DNA from: a virus
Taxonomy: Duplodnaviria; Heunggongvirae; Uroviricota; Caudoviricetes
IMG/VR virus record: IMGVR_UViG_3300047472_000248
Location: 52,315-116,314 of that record
DNA: 64,000 nucleotides
Reading direction: 5' to 3' (one strand)
A model generated the notes under the pieces. It had not been told where the DNA came from, made no database searches, and saw only the letters and a list, made by a program, of their open reading frames with translations. The position numbers and the translations under genes are program-made. Positions 54,019 to 63,288 of the stretch are shown here, in pieces (within the stretch, counting starts at the first letter, position 1; the number at the start of each line of letters is the position of its first letter).

Positions 54019-54354
54019 ATGAAGTTCCACACCCACAACGACGCCGCAACCACCGGGCCGATCGTCGTCACCTTCACGGCCCTGCAGGGGTTCATCCAGG
54101 GGACGATCGAGCAGATCTGGGCGGCCTTCGGACCGCCCAAGCTGCACCCGAACGGCGAGCGCATGACGCACGAGTGGCACGTCCAGTTCGGAGACGGCAC
54201 CGTCGCCACGATCTACAACTGGCTGCAGCAGGTGGAGCCCAAATGGGTGATCGACTGGCGCATCGGTGGCCACAACAGCCGATCCAACACCCTGGTGCAC
54301 GAGGCCTTCCGGGCTGCACTGCACCGTGATCAAGACGAACGGAGAGCCGCATGA
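54019..54354 (+). CDS. hypothetical protein
   Basis: ~112 aa; RBS AAAGAG. Confidence 0.45.
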   Translation: MKFHTHNDAATTGPIVVTFTALQGFIQGTIEQIWAAFGPPKLHPNGERMTHEWHVQFGDGTVATIYNWLQQVEPKWVIDWRIGGHNSRSNTLVHEAFRAALHRDQDERRAA

Positions 54355-54719
54355 GCATGGTCGCCGAAACCTTGCGCCTCGTCGCGGCGCACTTGCCGCG
54401 AGTGCGTGCGGACGAAGGGAACAGTGCCGACGGCTACGGCCGCGCCAAATCCCCTTACATCTGCGACACGCTCGGCGTTGCCAGAGGTGCCTGGATCGAT
54501 AACGAATACGCGCCGGACTGGAACCAGGCGGATATCGGGCCGACATGGCAGCACGAGGCACATAGCTTCCTGGTCGACCTCGGCATGGGCACGGGCAAGA
54601 CCGTCTTCAGCCGACATGATCCCCGCGCGCTGACCGACGCCGAATACGCCGACGCCCAAGAGCGGCGCGTTGCCTGGCTGATCTTCGCTGCCGACCTGGC
54701 GAAGGAGTGGGACGTATGA
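54351..54719 (+). CDS. hypothetical protein (paralog 1)
   Basis: 122 aa; shares SPYICD, LGMG(T/S)G, WL(I/L)FAADLA(K/E)EW with the next gene. Confidence 0.45.
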   Translation: MSMVAETLRLVAAHLPRVRADEGNSADGYGRAKSPYICDTLGVARGAWIDNEYAPDWNQADIGPTWQHEAHSFLVDLGMGTGKTVFSRHDPRALTDAEYADAQERRVAWLIFAADLAKEWDV

Positions 54720-55045
54720 ACAAGATTGCCGAGGCGCTGCGCTACGTCGCCGAGATCATCCCGCGCACCAAGCGCGAGGCTGTCGACAGGTCGCCTTACA
54801 TCTGCGACCTGGTGGACGATATCCGGTCTTCCTTCCATCCCGGGGACGCTGAGCATGCGCAGTGCATTCGGCGTGCGCACGACTTCCTGCACTTTCTCGG
54901 CATGGGCTCGGGGCTGTGCGAGTTCGTCGACAACGGCAGGGCCATGAGCGGCCTCAGTCCGCTCCCCTATGCCAAGGCGCAGAACCTGCGCATCACGTGG
55001 CTGCTGTTCGCGGCCGACCTCGCAGAGGAGTGGAAGGTCCGATGA
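54716..55045 (+). CDS. hypothetical protein (paralog 2)
   Basis: 109 aa; tandem duplicate of 54351-54719. Confidence 0.45.
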   Translation: MNKIAEALRYVAEIIPRTKREAVDRSPYICDLVDDIRSSFHPGDAEHAQCIRRAHDFLHFLGMGSGLCEFVDNGRAMSGLSPLPYAKAQNLRITWLLFAADLAEEWKVR

Positions 55046-55323
55046 GCACGATCACCCCTGTCTGTCCCGCGTGCGGCTCCCGCGAGTTCCGCAGTAACGA
55101 CCACGTGCTGTGCTCGACGGACATCGCCGAGATGACCCTGCAGCCCGACGGCACGTTTTCGATCGAATACTCCACGTGCGGCTCGGAGACCTACGACGAC
55201 ACGACCGAGCCGGTCAACCCCGAGAAGCCCTACGAGTGCGCCGAGTGCCAGCACCCGATGAGCGAGGTGGACCTGATCGCGTGCCATGCGGCCGAGGTCG
55301 AAGAAGAGGAAGAAGGCGAATGA
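55042..55323 (+). CDS. zinc-ribbon protein
   Basis: 93 aa; CPACGS...CSTD...CGSE...CAECQH; acidic tail. Confidence 0.45.
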   Translation: MSTITPVCPACGSREFRSNDHVLCSTDIAEMTLQPDGTFSIEYSTCGSETYDDTTEPVNPEKPYECAECQHPMSEVDLIACHAAEVEEEEEGE

Positions 55324-55496
55324 GCACCAATGCAATCACCCTACTCGATGATGGGCGCGACATGCCGCTTACAGACGCGCAGGCCCGGCGCTTGATGGAA
55401 ATGGGTCTGATCACTCCCTACGAAGATGATGACAGCTTCTTTCACCTTTACGGTATGGAGACGACCTGGGCCGATGTCGACGCGGCGCTCGCATGA
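55320..55496 (+). CDS. hypothetical small protein
   Basis: 58 aa. Confidence 0.3.
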   Translation: MSTNAITLLDDGRDMPLTDAQARRLMEMGLITPYEDDDSFFHLYGMETTWADVDAALA

Positions 55497-55596
55497 GCGA
55501 CCGCTACTGCCTCTTCTGCGGTCACGGCGGGCATCGCTCCCACGCATGCACTGGGCGCCCAATCACGCAGCCTGACTTCGCACGCCCGCTGCCGTC

Positions 55597-55615
55597 AGTC
55601 AGCACTGACTATACG
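55597..55615 (+). promoter_or_regulatory. AGTCAGCACTGACTATACG palindrome/-10-like unit
   Basis: TATACG variant. Confidence 0.45.
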
Positions 55616-55634
55616 TCATCGCAAACGACAGGGG

Positions 55635-55862
55635 ATGACGATGACGCTGATGCAGATGGTGACCGCGGTCTTTGCCTCACCGGCACCGAAGGACCATGAC
55701 GTGATCATGACCGAAGACGGCTGCTTCCGCGGCGTGGTCTACACCGGCACGCGCCGCGAGTGCGAGCGCTACCTGGCCACGCACGACTCGACCTCCTCGC
55801 GGCAGCTGGCCCTGTCGCAACGCAGCCTGGTCGACGAGCCCATGTCCTGCGACGCGCTGTAA
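55635..55862 (+). CDS. hypothetical protein
   Basis: 75 aa; RBS AGGGGATGACG. Confidence 0.4.
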   Translation: MTMTLMQMVTAVFASPAPKDHDVIMTEDGCFRGVVYTGTRRECERYLATHDSTSSRQLALSQRSLVDEPMSCDAL

Positions 55863-55880
55863 CGATTCACCTGTCCCAAC
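55863..55880 (+). promoter_or_regulatory. class-2 motif variant CGATTCACCTGTCCCAAC
   Basis: 15 nt before an ATG at ~55897. Confidence 0.4.
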
Positions 55881-56011
55881 CACCGAGCACCCGACATGAC
55901 AACGCTCGCTCTTCAACAGCTGCACATCCGCGTCAAGGTCTTGGGCGCGATCACCGAGTGTCTGCTCGCGCAGCGTCGCATGTGCTGGTTGCGCAACCAC
56001 CAGGAAGTCCA

Positions 56012-56299
56012 ATGAGCTACAGCCCCTACAACCGCCTCCCATCCGAGCACGAGATCGCCGAGCAGCGTCGTCGCACCAGCCGCATCGCCCGGGCGAAGTC
56101 CAAGCGGCAGATCAACGACGCGCGCCGCATGCCGTGCAAGGTCTTCAAGCCGCTCGCTGAAGACGGGGGCCTGGTCTGCACCGAAATGTGGGCGCAGACC
56201 CGCGAGGACCTGGAAGCGGCAATGGGCGCCGACACCAACCCGACGGTCGGCTATGCCGAAGCCGTCGAAGAAGCACAGCAGCAACTGGAGGCCGTATGA
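56012..56299 (+). CDS. hypothetical basic protein
   Basis: 95 aa. Confidence 0.45.
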   Translation: MSYSPYNRLPSEHEIAEQRRRTSRIARAKSKRQINDARRMPCKVFKPLAEDGGLVCTEMWAQTREDLEAAMGADTNPTVGYAEAVEEAQQQLEAV

Positions 56300-56658
56300 C
56301 CCCCAGACAGAAACTTCTCCTCGAAGCACTGTGCCTGCTGCAAGCAGGGCGCATGCTGATCGATCGACGTGCCAACTGGGGCACGGGTGATTACGCCACA
56401 GACGCCGATGGTGAAGTCTGCTCCACCCGTTCCCCCAGTGCGACCTGCTTCTGTTCTGTTGGCGCGATGAGCGCTGTGGTTTCACCCCATCGGCTCTATG
56501 GCTGGCTTGTTGCGCGCTCTCGCCTGGATAACAGGTTCAGGGCCCGCGGCTTCAAGGACACGATCGACGGCAACGATCGGTCCACCCATCGTGAAGTCAA
56601 GAAGGTCTGGGATGAAACCATCGAGGCGCTTGCTCTCGAACTGGAGTTTGCCAAGTGA
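56296..56658 (+). CDS. hypothetical protein
   Basis: 120 aa; ATGA overlap. Confidence 0.45.
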   Translation: MTPRQKLLLEALCLLQAGRMLIDRRANWGTGDYATDADGEVCSTRSPSATCFCSVGAMSAVVSPHRLYGWLVARSRLDNRFRARGFKDTIDGNDRSTHREVKKVWDETIEALALELEFAK

Positions 56659-56900
56659 CCTACTCGTGCTCCGACTTCGCCGACAGCATTCTCGAATCGC
56701 TGGACCACCACAAGCTGGTCAACCTCGACGACATGACCGAGGAAGATCGAGACGAGTTCAACGACTCGCCATCGGACCAGGCCGACGTGTGCCTCGAAGC
56801 GATCGATCGGCTCGTGCGCGAGCGCGACCTGCTCCGGGACGCACTGAAGGCGGCCGCCGCACCAGCGCTCGCACTCATCGACCAGGAGCTGGCCAAGTGA
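56655..56900 (+). CDS. hypothetical acidic protein
   Basis: 81 aa. Confidence 0.45.
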   Translation: MTYSCSDFADSILESLDHHKLVNLDDMTEEDRDEFNDSPSDQADVCLEAIDRLVRERDLLRDALKAAAAPALALIDQELAK

Positions 56901-56985
56901 CCCACATCCTCAACACCTGCCTCCTGGCCCTGGTCGCCACCATCGTGGTGGTCGCGCAGGCTCTCCTCTTCAACGACACGACACC

Positions 56986-57552
56986 ATGACGAACACCCAA
57001 GAGCTGATCGGCAAGCTGGTCGCCGAAGAAGCGCAGCGCGACGCAATCCACATCGCCGTGCTGCCCGTGATCGCGAACGAATACCTGACGCCCGGCACGC
57101 GCGTGGGCATCATGCAGGGCACCGTCAATCGCGTGTCGGCCGACGCCACGAAGATCGCCGAGGGTCGCACCATCGGCATCGTCGACCCCTTCTTGCGCAC
57201 CGCGCCGATTGACGGTGAGCGTGTGTGGCTGTTCCTCGACCCGAACACCATCACGTCGTTGCGGCACAACTGGACGCACCCGCTGATCGGCGAAGAAGTG
57301 CCGGCCGGCGCCGACATCTCGAAGGCGTATGCCGAGAAGGTGTTGCGCGGTTTCGCGGCGACCTCTGACGCCCGATACAGCGACGAGCCGTTCGACAAGC
57401 TGCTATCGATGCTAGGCGACATGAGCAAGAAGGGCTATGTCTACGGCAACGATGCATCCGGCGAGATCCCCGCCAACGTGTGGGATGCCTACGAAGCCTA
57501 CACGGGCGAAAGGGCGGGCGAGCGGCCCGAGTATTTCTCCTGCAGCTGCTGA
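56986..57552 (+). CDS. hypothetical protein
   Basis: 188 aa. Confidence 0.5.
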   Translation: MTNTQELIGKLVAEEAQRDAIHIAVLPVIANEYLTPGTRVGIMQGTVNRVSADATKIAEGRTIGIVDPFLRTAPIDGERVWLFLDPNTITSLRHNWTHPLIGEEVPAGADISKAYAEKVLRGFAATSDARYSDEPFDKLLSMLGDMSKKGYVYGNDASGEIPANVWDAYEAYTGERAGERPEYFSCSC

Positions 57553-57561
57553 TCGAGCGCT

Positions 57562-57804
57562 ATGACCCTGCCTGTCCCCACCATCGAGCCGCTCGGCAGA
57601 CTCGACAGACCCGGCAAGCTCCGCTGCTGGTCGACGCGCCCGGCTGCGTGGGGTGGTGTCCATGTGGTTGAGGGCACGGGCTACACCGAGGACGATGCCT
57701 ACGAGAAGTGGCTCAACGCGCTGTGTCGTGCAGAGGGCCTCAAGCGTTCCGACTACCACGGGCTGAAATACGTTCATCGCAACCCGACACCGACACCACG
57801 ATGA
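57562..57804 (+). CDS. hypothetical protein
   Basis: 80 aa. Confidence 0.4.
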   Translation: MTLPVPTIEPLGRLDRPGKLRCWSTRPAAWGGVHVVEGTGYTEDDAYEKWLNALCRAEGLKRSDYHGLKYVHRNPTPTPR

Positions 57805-58097
57805 AACGCCTCACGCCTCAGCAAGAGAGCGCCGCACACCGGGCGCTGTTTGCCCTCCACCGCATGCATTGGAAAGAGGGTGGTGAGAAGGCTCGCCCGC
57901 GCGTCGTGCGCAAGCTGAAGGCCCAGATCCTGACGCTGGTGGGTGCCGATGGGCCGTGCTACATGCTCGACCCCGACCTGTGGTCGCTCTACAGCGACTG
58001 CCACAAAGACCGCTACGGGTTCCGCCCGCGGGGCAGCTTGTCGGTCACATGGTGCGAACAGGAGCTGAAGGACTGGGCCGATCGGGGTGCGCTATGA
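57801..58097 (+). CDS. hypothetical protein
   Basis: 98 aa; ATGA overlap. Confidence 0.45.
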   Translation: MKRLTPQQESAAHRALFALHRMHWKEGGEKARPRVVRKLKAQILTLVGADGPCYMLDPDLWSLYSDCHKDRYGFRPRGSLSVTWCEQELKDWADRGAL

Positions 58098-58300
58098 AAC
58101 GTCCAACCTACTACGTGGTGCGCACCGGCCCGGACAGCTTCGACCTTCGGCAAGAGCGATTTCGCTCGGAGCTTGAGCAGGGCAAGGAACACCCGCACGA
58201 CCTGATGGCAACGAGCTTCACCGCTGCAGGCATGCGCGAGATCCTGGACAAGTGGTTCTCGGACACCGACGATTCGGCACTGCCTCCGGAGACACCATGA
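58094..58300 (+). CDS. hypothetical protein
   Basis: 68 aa. Confidence 0.4.
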   Translation: MKRPTYYVVRTGPDSFDLRQERFRSELEQGKEHPHDLMATSFTAAGMREILDKWFSDTDDSALPPETP

Positions 58301-58572
58301 GCAGGCTCACCTGGCCGGACAAGAGCCCGCGACATGGCTTCGCCTACGACCGCGTCCCAACGAAACGCGGCTCGGTCTATGGTGGCAGCCTCGACGCGCA
58401 CGACCACGTCGAATACGGCTCGATCCTTGACAGCGTGTTCGAGATGGCGAGCGATATCGAGGCAGCGAACAACGCCCCGGCGAGCGCCGCGATCGACCAG
58501 GTGCTGAAGGACGAGCGTTGGCGCATCCTTCCTCGGCACCGCAAACTGATCGTCGAAAGGCTCGCAGCATGA
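58297..58572 (+). CDS. hypothetical protein
   Basis: 91 aa. Confidence 0.4.
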   Translation: MSRLTWPDKSPRHGFAYDRVPTKRGSVYGGSLDAHDHVEYGSILDSVFEMASDIEAANNAPASAAIDQVLKDERWRILPRHRKLIVERLAA

Positions 58573-58877
58573 ACCACCAGGCAATGATCGAGCACGACAG
58601 TATGCGGCTCTATCGCAACCGCGACTACGTGCAGCACTTCCTGGACCTCCGCGTCTTCGACCTGCTCAATGACGCCACGGACGGGCTCCACCTGATGACC
58701 ACCGGGTGCCTCGACGCGCTCGAACACATGCCTACTGGGTCGATGTGCTCGAGCTCCTACGGGCCGTTCATCATGGACGTCGGGCGCGGCAGCACCCCCG
58801 AGCTTCGCAAGTGGCAGCAGGAGATGTCCAAGAAGCTGATCGCGCAGCTGCGGGCTGAAGAGGGCAGCAGGGCCTGA
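58569..58877 (+). CDS. hypothetical protein
   Basis: 102 aa. Confidence 0.4.
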   Translation: MNHQAMIEHDSMRLYRNRDYVQHFLDLRVFDLLNDATDGLHLMTTGCLDALEHMPTGSMCSSSYGPFIMDVGRGSTPELRKWQQEMSKKLIAQLRAEEGSRA

Positions 58878-59035
58878 TGATGCTCACGAAGGCTGATGTC
58901 AACGCACTGCGCTCCGAGATGAACGCGCAGTTTGGCGCGCACCTGCGTGCCATCCGGTCGCTCAGAAGGTGGATCGTCGGGACGACGATCGCGCTCGGCA
59001 TCGTGGGGTTCATGGTGTTCCTGCATGCACAATGA
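58877..59035 (+). CDS. small C-terminally membrane-anchored protein (52 aa)
   Basis: hydrophobic C-terminus IALGIVGFMVFL; below ORF-track cutoff. Confidence 0.3.
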   Translation: MMLTKADVNALRSEMNAQFGAHLRAIRSLRRWIVGTTIALGIVGFMVFLHAQ

Positions 59036-59038
59036 GCC

Positions 59039-59416
59039 ATGAGTGATGCCAACCGCCGCACCCGCCTTCTGGAGCTCTTCAACGGCCCTCGGTTCAACGG
59101 TGACCGATCGGCGCTGATCGCCGAGACCGGGCTCACCAAAGGCAGGGTCGCGCAGTTCTTCAATCCGGCACAGCCGTTCGGCGAGCGCGCAGCTGCCAAC
59201 CTGGCAGAGAGGCTGGGCCTGCCCGCGAGCTACTTCGATGCAGAGTCTGGCCCGTATCAGCGTGCGATCGAATGGATCGCCTCCAGCGACGTGCGGGTCG
59301 CGGTGCCGCTTGTTGCGCATGCGTTTCAGGTGCCTCACACGAAGGTCCTGCGAGACGTTCGTGAAGCCCGTGCGAGCCTGACGAAGCTCGCTGCTGCCGC
59401 ACCCGGGGCGCGATAG
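59039..59416 (+). CDS. Cro/CI-type HTH DNA-binding protein
   Basis: LLELFNG...ALIAETGLTKGRVAQFFN...LAERLGLPASYFD helix-turn-helix. Confidence 0.55.
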   Translation: MSDANRRTRLLELFNGPRFNGDRSALIAETGLTKGRVAQFFNPAQPFGERAAANLAERLGLPASYFDAESGPYQRAIEWIASSDVRVAVPLVAHAFQVPHTKVLRDVREARASLTKLAAAAPGAR

Positions 59417-59431
59417 TTCACTCATCGCAAC
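59413..59431 (+). promoter_or_regulatory. class-2 motif ATAGTTCACTCATCGCAAC
   Basis: 20 nt before ATG 59452. Confidence 0.45.
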
Positions 59432-59451
59432 CGACCACCAGAAAGCACAGC

Positions 59452-60000
59452 ATGCAGACCTTCTCCGACTTCGTCACTGCCTACAAGAAGCACGTCCACG
59501 GGTGGGATGACGCGATGTGCGATTGGGCCAATGTCCCGAGTGCCGAGAACAAGAGCGTCCACCTGACGAACTTCCAGCTCAACGCGATCGAGACGACCAT
59601 CCGTCAGCACGACCTTTGCGACTTCGGTGAGGGGCACCTTTCCGAGGTCTACCCGATCGTCCAGTCCGCCTTCGCAGCCCACCCGGGCGCTTCGCTCGAC
59701 TTCGACCTTGAGTCCAGCTATTCGCTAGCCTCACCGTGGTGCTATGAGTGCCACAGCGCCGACGAATACATGGTGCGCATCGCGCGCTGCCTGGTTGAAA
59801 CGGAAGACGGGTGCGTGGGCGATGCCGACTACAACGACGAGCAGCTCCAGCGCACGCGCACGATTCTCGGCGCCCTGGTCGCTGTCGGGGTGCCGATCAA
59901 CTACGTGAACAGTCAGGTTCCTGCGATCGCCCATTGCGAGGATGGGGACAACCCTGTGCAGCAAGCCTTCTTGCGCAAGCTGTTGGGCCTGACGCCCTGA
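59452..60000 (+). CDS. hypothetical protein
   Basis: 182 aa; last gene before a strong terminator. Confidence 0.5.
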   Translation: MQTFSDFVTAYKKHVHGWDDAMCDWANVPSAENKSVHLTNFQLNAIETTIRQHDLCDFGEGHLSEVYPIVQSAFAAHPGASLDFDLESSYSLASPWCYECHSADEYMVRIARCLVETEDGCVGDADYNDEQLQRTRTILGALVAVGVPINYVNSQVPAIAHCEDGDNPVQQAFLRKLLGLTP

Positions 60001-60004
60001 ATTC

Positions 60005-60052
60005 CGAAGGGCGGGAAGGGCGAATTCGGCCCTCCCGCTTTGCTTTTAGCGC
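60005..60052 (+). terminator. intrinsic terminator ending the long rightward operon
   Basis: GGGCGGGAAGGGCGAATTCGGCCCTCCCGC stem-loop followed by TTTGCTTTT, then AT-rich spacer. Confidence 0.65.
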
Positions 60053-60213
60053 CCATTCGCCTAGGCCCTTGTAAGTCCTTGATTTATAAGGCTTTTTAGA
60101 CACATTGGCTCGCACAATTGCAGTCACAGGCGCAATCTACCCGAGAAGCACCGAATTCACGCACGACCAGGCGCAGAAATCTGCACCAGCCGATCGGAAT
60201 CCGCACGCAAAGC

Positions 60214-60705
60214 CTACGACAAGGCTGCCCCGATCAACGCAAAGCACCTACCCCTACGACCGAAACCTCCGAGGGGCAGGCTGCCCGATTCAAAGCCCCG
60301 ACCCACCAGGCCCAAAACGTAGAAGAACAACCAGAAGACGAACACCAGCAGCAAGCGCGCCGAACCGTAGAAGAAGACCAGCAGCGCACCACGGCAAAGG
60401 CGAACCACCAGCACCGAAACACCCCGGGTCGGCAGAGCGCCAAACACGTAGACGAACAACCACCCGGCAGTCACCACCGACAACGCCGACACCCACACGG
60501 GCACAGACCAAGGCTCACCCTCCTCTGGGATAGAAGGAGAGGGTAGACACAGGTAGGTAGAGAAGGACCAGGACAGGGGGCGCAGCCCAGGCTCACACCA
60601 GGCGAACGCAGTGAGCCGTTGGCGTGCTTCCTTGTCGTCGTCCCAGTCCTCCAAGTCCTTACCGCTGGCGTCCACCTGGCAGGAGCCTCGGCTGCACTGG
60701 GCCAA
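60214..60705 (-). CDS. possible multi-TM membrane protein (TTG start), reverse-oriented
   Basis: + strand A/C-rich and G-poor, consistent with a minus-strand L/V/F/G-rich gene; four hydrophobic segments; weak start. Confidence 0.25.
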   Translation of the reverse strand: MAQCSRGSCQVDASGKDLEDWDDDKEARQRLTAFAWCEPGLRPLSWSFSTYLCLPSPSIPEEGEPWSVPVWVSALSVVTAGWLFVYVFGALPTRGVSVLVVRLCRGALLVFFYGSARLLLVFVFWLFFYVLGLVGRGFESGSLPLGGFGRRGRCFALIGAALS

Positions 60706-60961
60706 ACACCCTCATTGCCATAGGTAAAACACCCACGCGCAGGCTCAGGCAGCGTGGTCCTAGGCCCCTCGGAAACCGTGCCAAATTGCCCGATGGGACC
60801 CGTATCAGGGCCTTCGGCGTAGCTGTCGTTCCTTACAGCAAAACTACAATGTGACTTATACGTAAAGCGAATTCCCTGTAAGGGTAGTCCGTTCGGCTTA
60901 CACGTAGGCACCCTCGGCGAGTTCCCACGGGGGTCAGAAACGTCTTATAGAAGGCATTCTC

Positions 60962-61369
60962 TTGAAGAAACCGATCCCCCACTTCCGCCCGAAGCTCGCC
61001 TGGTCGAACACCTCCGCTGCGGCACTGCCTGAAGCCAACAGTGCCCCCACCCAGGACGACCAGGCTGAGGACCGCCGACACGGCGAGCGCCGGCAGCTGA
61101 CGACCCATCCGATCGCTGCACACCGGGAAGAAGCGCTCGCCCCCGTCGGCGTCCCCGCAGTGCACAGAGAGCGCAGCCGATTCAAGGTGCAGATTCGCAC
61201 CTGGGACGGCGAGCTCCAGACGATCATGGTCTCGTCTTCTCGGCAGTTCAGCCACCCGGACCGACTGCGCGCAGCCTTCAAGGCAGCGTTTGACATCCTC
61301 GAGCCGGGGTTCACGCTGGTGACCCTTGAGATGTTCGCGTCGCAGACCATCGAGGTCGACGTCGCCTAA
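60962..61369 (+). CDS. hypothetical protein (TTG start)
   Basis: 135 aa; non-repetitive C-terminal half. Confidence 0.3.
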   Translation: MKKPIPHFRPKLAWSNTSAAALPEANSAPTQDDQAEDRRHGERRQLTTHPIAAHREEALAPVGVPAVHRERSRFKVQIRTWDGELQTIMVSSSRQFSHPDRLRAAFKAAFDILEPGFTLVTLEMFASQTIEVDVA

Positions 61370-61401
61370 CCCCCGATAGTCCTGAAGGAGCAGCACACCC
61401 C

Positions 61402-61671
61402 ATGCCACACCGACTTGAGGCCATTCCCTCCCTGCTTGAAGGCACCGAGGTTCGGATCATCTACACCGACGCCGTGGGGCAGCCCCATGAAGGCATCTTC
61501 TCAACCACGCAGGTCTTCCCCGACCGTGGGCTGGACCTGGCCATGAAGATGCGCAGCGTGCTCGAGGACCTGATGCAGGACACCGGTGCCACCTTGTTGT
61601 CGGTGGGGCTGGTGTCGTCCGAGTTCTCGAGCGTGCCGGTCGAGTCGCACTTCGTGGGCCTCAACGGCTAG
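61402..61671 (+). CDS. hypothetical protein
   Basis: 89 aa; good RBS GAAGGAG. Confidence 0.4.
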   Translation: MPHRLEAIPSLLEGTEVRIIYTDAVGQPHEGIFSTTQVFPDRGLDLAMKMRSVLEDLMQDTGATLLSVGLVSSEFSSVPVESHFVGLNG

Positions 61672-61820
61672 GCACCAGGCTTCGAAGCTCCCGGCACGGC
61701 ATACGGCTCGGGGCCTCGATAGGCCCTTCAGGCTCAGGCCCACCCACCCCGGCTTGGCTCATCCCGACACATAGCCTAGGCTAGGGTAGTCCGGGCTGCC
61801 CGCTGCCTTCCCCTGGTTGC

Positions 61821-61840
61821 GACAGTCCCACCTGTCGAAC
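61821..61840 (+). promoter_or_regulatory. class-2 motif variant GACAGTCCCACCTGTCGAAC
   Basis: palindromic CGACAG...CTGTCG arms; 29 nt before ATG 61868. Confidence 0.4.
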
Positions 61841-61867
61841 ACAACCACCCACCAGGGGAAGACAACC

Positions 61868-62026
61868 ATGCCGTCCCGATCGCTCATCCAGCTGCTCAAG
61901 CGTGCCATCAACCTGAAGAAGTCGCTCGGGGTGCGCTGCGCCGCGGGCTACCTCCGAAACCGGGAGGTGCAGTTCGATGTCGCCTACTTCGCGATGTTCG
62001 GCCGTCTGCCGCGCGAGCTCGCATGA
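61868..62026 (+). CDS. hypothetical small protein (52 aa)
   Basis: RBS GGGGAAGACAACC. Confidence 0.35.
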   Translation: MPSRSLIQLLKRAINLKKSLGVRCAAGYLRNREVQFDVAYFAMFGRLPRELA

Positions 62027-62247
62027 CGCCGATCTACTGGGAGCCTTGGGAGCACTCCTACGCCATTGAGGAGCGCAACCTCATGCTCGGCATCGACCAC
62101 AACGGGATGCCGCTCTACGCCGACGGCCTGACGATCGCCGAGCTGATGCACGAGGCCGAGTCCCAGCGCAGCGCCCGGAAGAAGGTCGAGACGGCCCAGA
62201 AGCGCCGCTGCAGGGCTGGCCAAGAGAAGGGCACGCGACGCGCGTAG
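62023..62247 (+). CDS. hypothetical protein
   Basis: 74 aa; ATGA overlap. Confidence 0.4.
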   Translation: MTPIYWEPWEHSYAIEERNLMLGIDHNGMPLYADGLTIAELMHEAESQRSARKKVETAQKRRCRAGQEKGTRRA

Positions 62248-62551
62248 ACGCCTGCAGCAACGCCCACACAGCGCCCGGGGTTCGGCATCGCCGCCCTGGG
62301 CGTTTTCATGTTCGGCTGACTGCCTGTAAGCAGGGCCTAGGACGCGGCGCTGTCCTGGTGCCTTGATATTCGGCGAGGGTCCTTTAAGGCGGCGTTTGGA
62401 CCAGGCGGCCCGCCCTGGGCTCCGCCCCCGCGCTGCCAAATGCGAACGGGCCTCAACAACCGCGGTCCTTCTCACGCCCCGCGTGCCAAGTCAAGCGAAT
62501 TCGAATACCCGACCGCCTTATTCAAGATACGGGTTTGCCCTAGGTGCGATC

Positions 62552-62578
62552 AGTCAGAACTGACTTACATTATCTATA
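62552..62578 (+). promoter_or_regulatory. AGTCAGAACTGACT palindrome + AT-rich -10-like TACATTATCTATAC
   Basis: in a 380-bp non-coding spacer before the low-GC3 gene. Confidence 0.5.
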
Positions 62579-62631
62579 CCGCATCAATTGATGACGGTGT
62601 TTATGAAACCTAACCCAAAGGGGATTTTGAA

Positions 62632-63255
62632 ATGAACGCTTCGACCACCACCTACGCCCGCGGTATCGCCCTCTTGAACGCGCATCCCGCCCGTGCAAGC
62701 GCTGATATTAGCGCGGTTCTGAACCCGCGCAGTGCATTCGGTTTCGTCGAGAAGACTGCGCAAGCATTCGACCGTTTCGGTATCGATGCAGACATCGTCT
62801 TTTCTCTCCCGCAGAAGCAAGTCAAGCGCGCGGTTCAGATGGTCAATGCAGTCGTGTCGGGCACGTATGACAAAATCGACGCGACTACCGCGTGCGGGCT
62901 GTATGCCCTGCGTCTCTCCCCCGATAACGCCCTCGAATACGATGCGCTTCACCTGCTCATCTCTGGGGTTGTGCGCAAAGAAGATTCGCTGATCGATCAG
63001 AAGGGGGTTTCGCGCTCGATTCTGCGTCGATTGTTCGCCCGGGTAGGGGCTAACACCGTCTCGACGCAGAAGTCGCGCAGCTTCGGGAATAACGGGTTCT
63101 GTGACGCCCTGGGCATGACGGGTGCAACGCACGGTAAGGTGAACCGCATGGTCGACCTGAACCCCGCGCACCCCCTTACTGTCGCATTCTTCGAAATGGT
63201 CGACAAAGCAAATCCCGCGCAAATCGACGCGATCGGTGGGGGCAAGGGAGAGTAA
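62632..63255 (+). CDS. hypothetical protein, atypical codon usage
   Basis: 207 aa; many T/A-ending codons unlike the rest of the window; RBS AAAGGGGAT. Confidence 0.5.
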   Translation: MNASTTTYARGIALLNAHPARASADISAVLNPRSAFGFVEKTAQAFDRFGIDADIVFSLPQKQVKRAVQMVNAVVSGTYDKIDATTACGLYALRLSPDNALEYDALHLLISGVVRKEDSLIDQKGVSRSILRRLFARVGANTVSTQKSRSFGNNGFCDALGMTGATHGKVNRMVDLNPAHPLTVAFFEMVDKANPAQIDAIGGGKGE

Positions 63256-63260
63256 GGGCA

Positions 63261-63278
63261 GAGGGGCGTTAACGCGCC
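63261..63278 (+). other. GC hairpin GGGGCG-TTAACG-CGCCCC after the gene
   Basis: contains palindrome GCGTTAACGC; weak U-tract. Confidence 0.3.
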
Positions 63279-63288
63279 CCTTCTGCTA

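Noticed and set aside
55493-55699. 68-aa ORF with CxxC...H...C cluster
   Set aside because: Runs through the palindrome/-10 element at 55597 and overlaps the next RBS-supported ORF (55635) by 65 nt; kept out of the feature list.
60105-60533. + strand ORF (142 aa) in the A/C-rich region
   Set aside because: Translation is low-complexity basic (R/T/P repeats); the minus strand reads as a membrane protein, which is more plausible though still weak.
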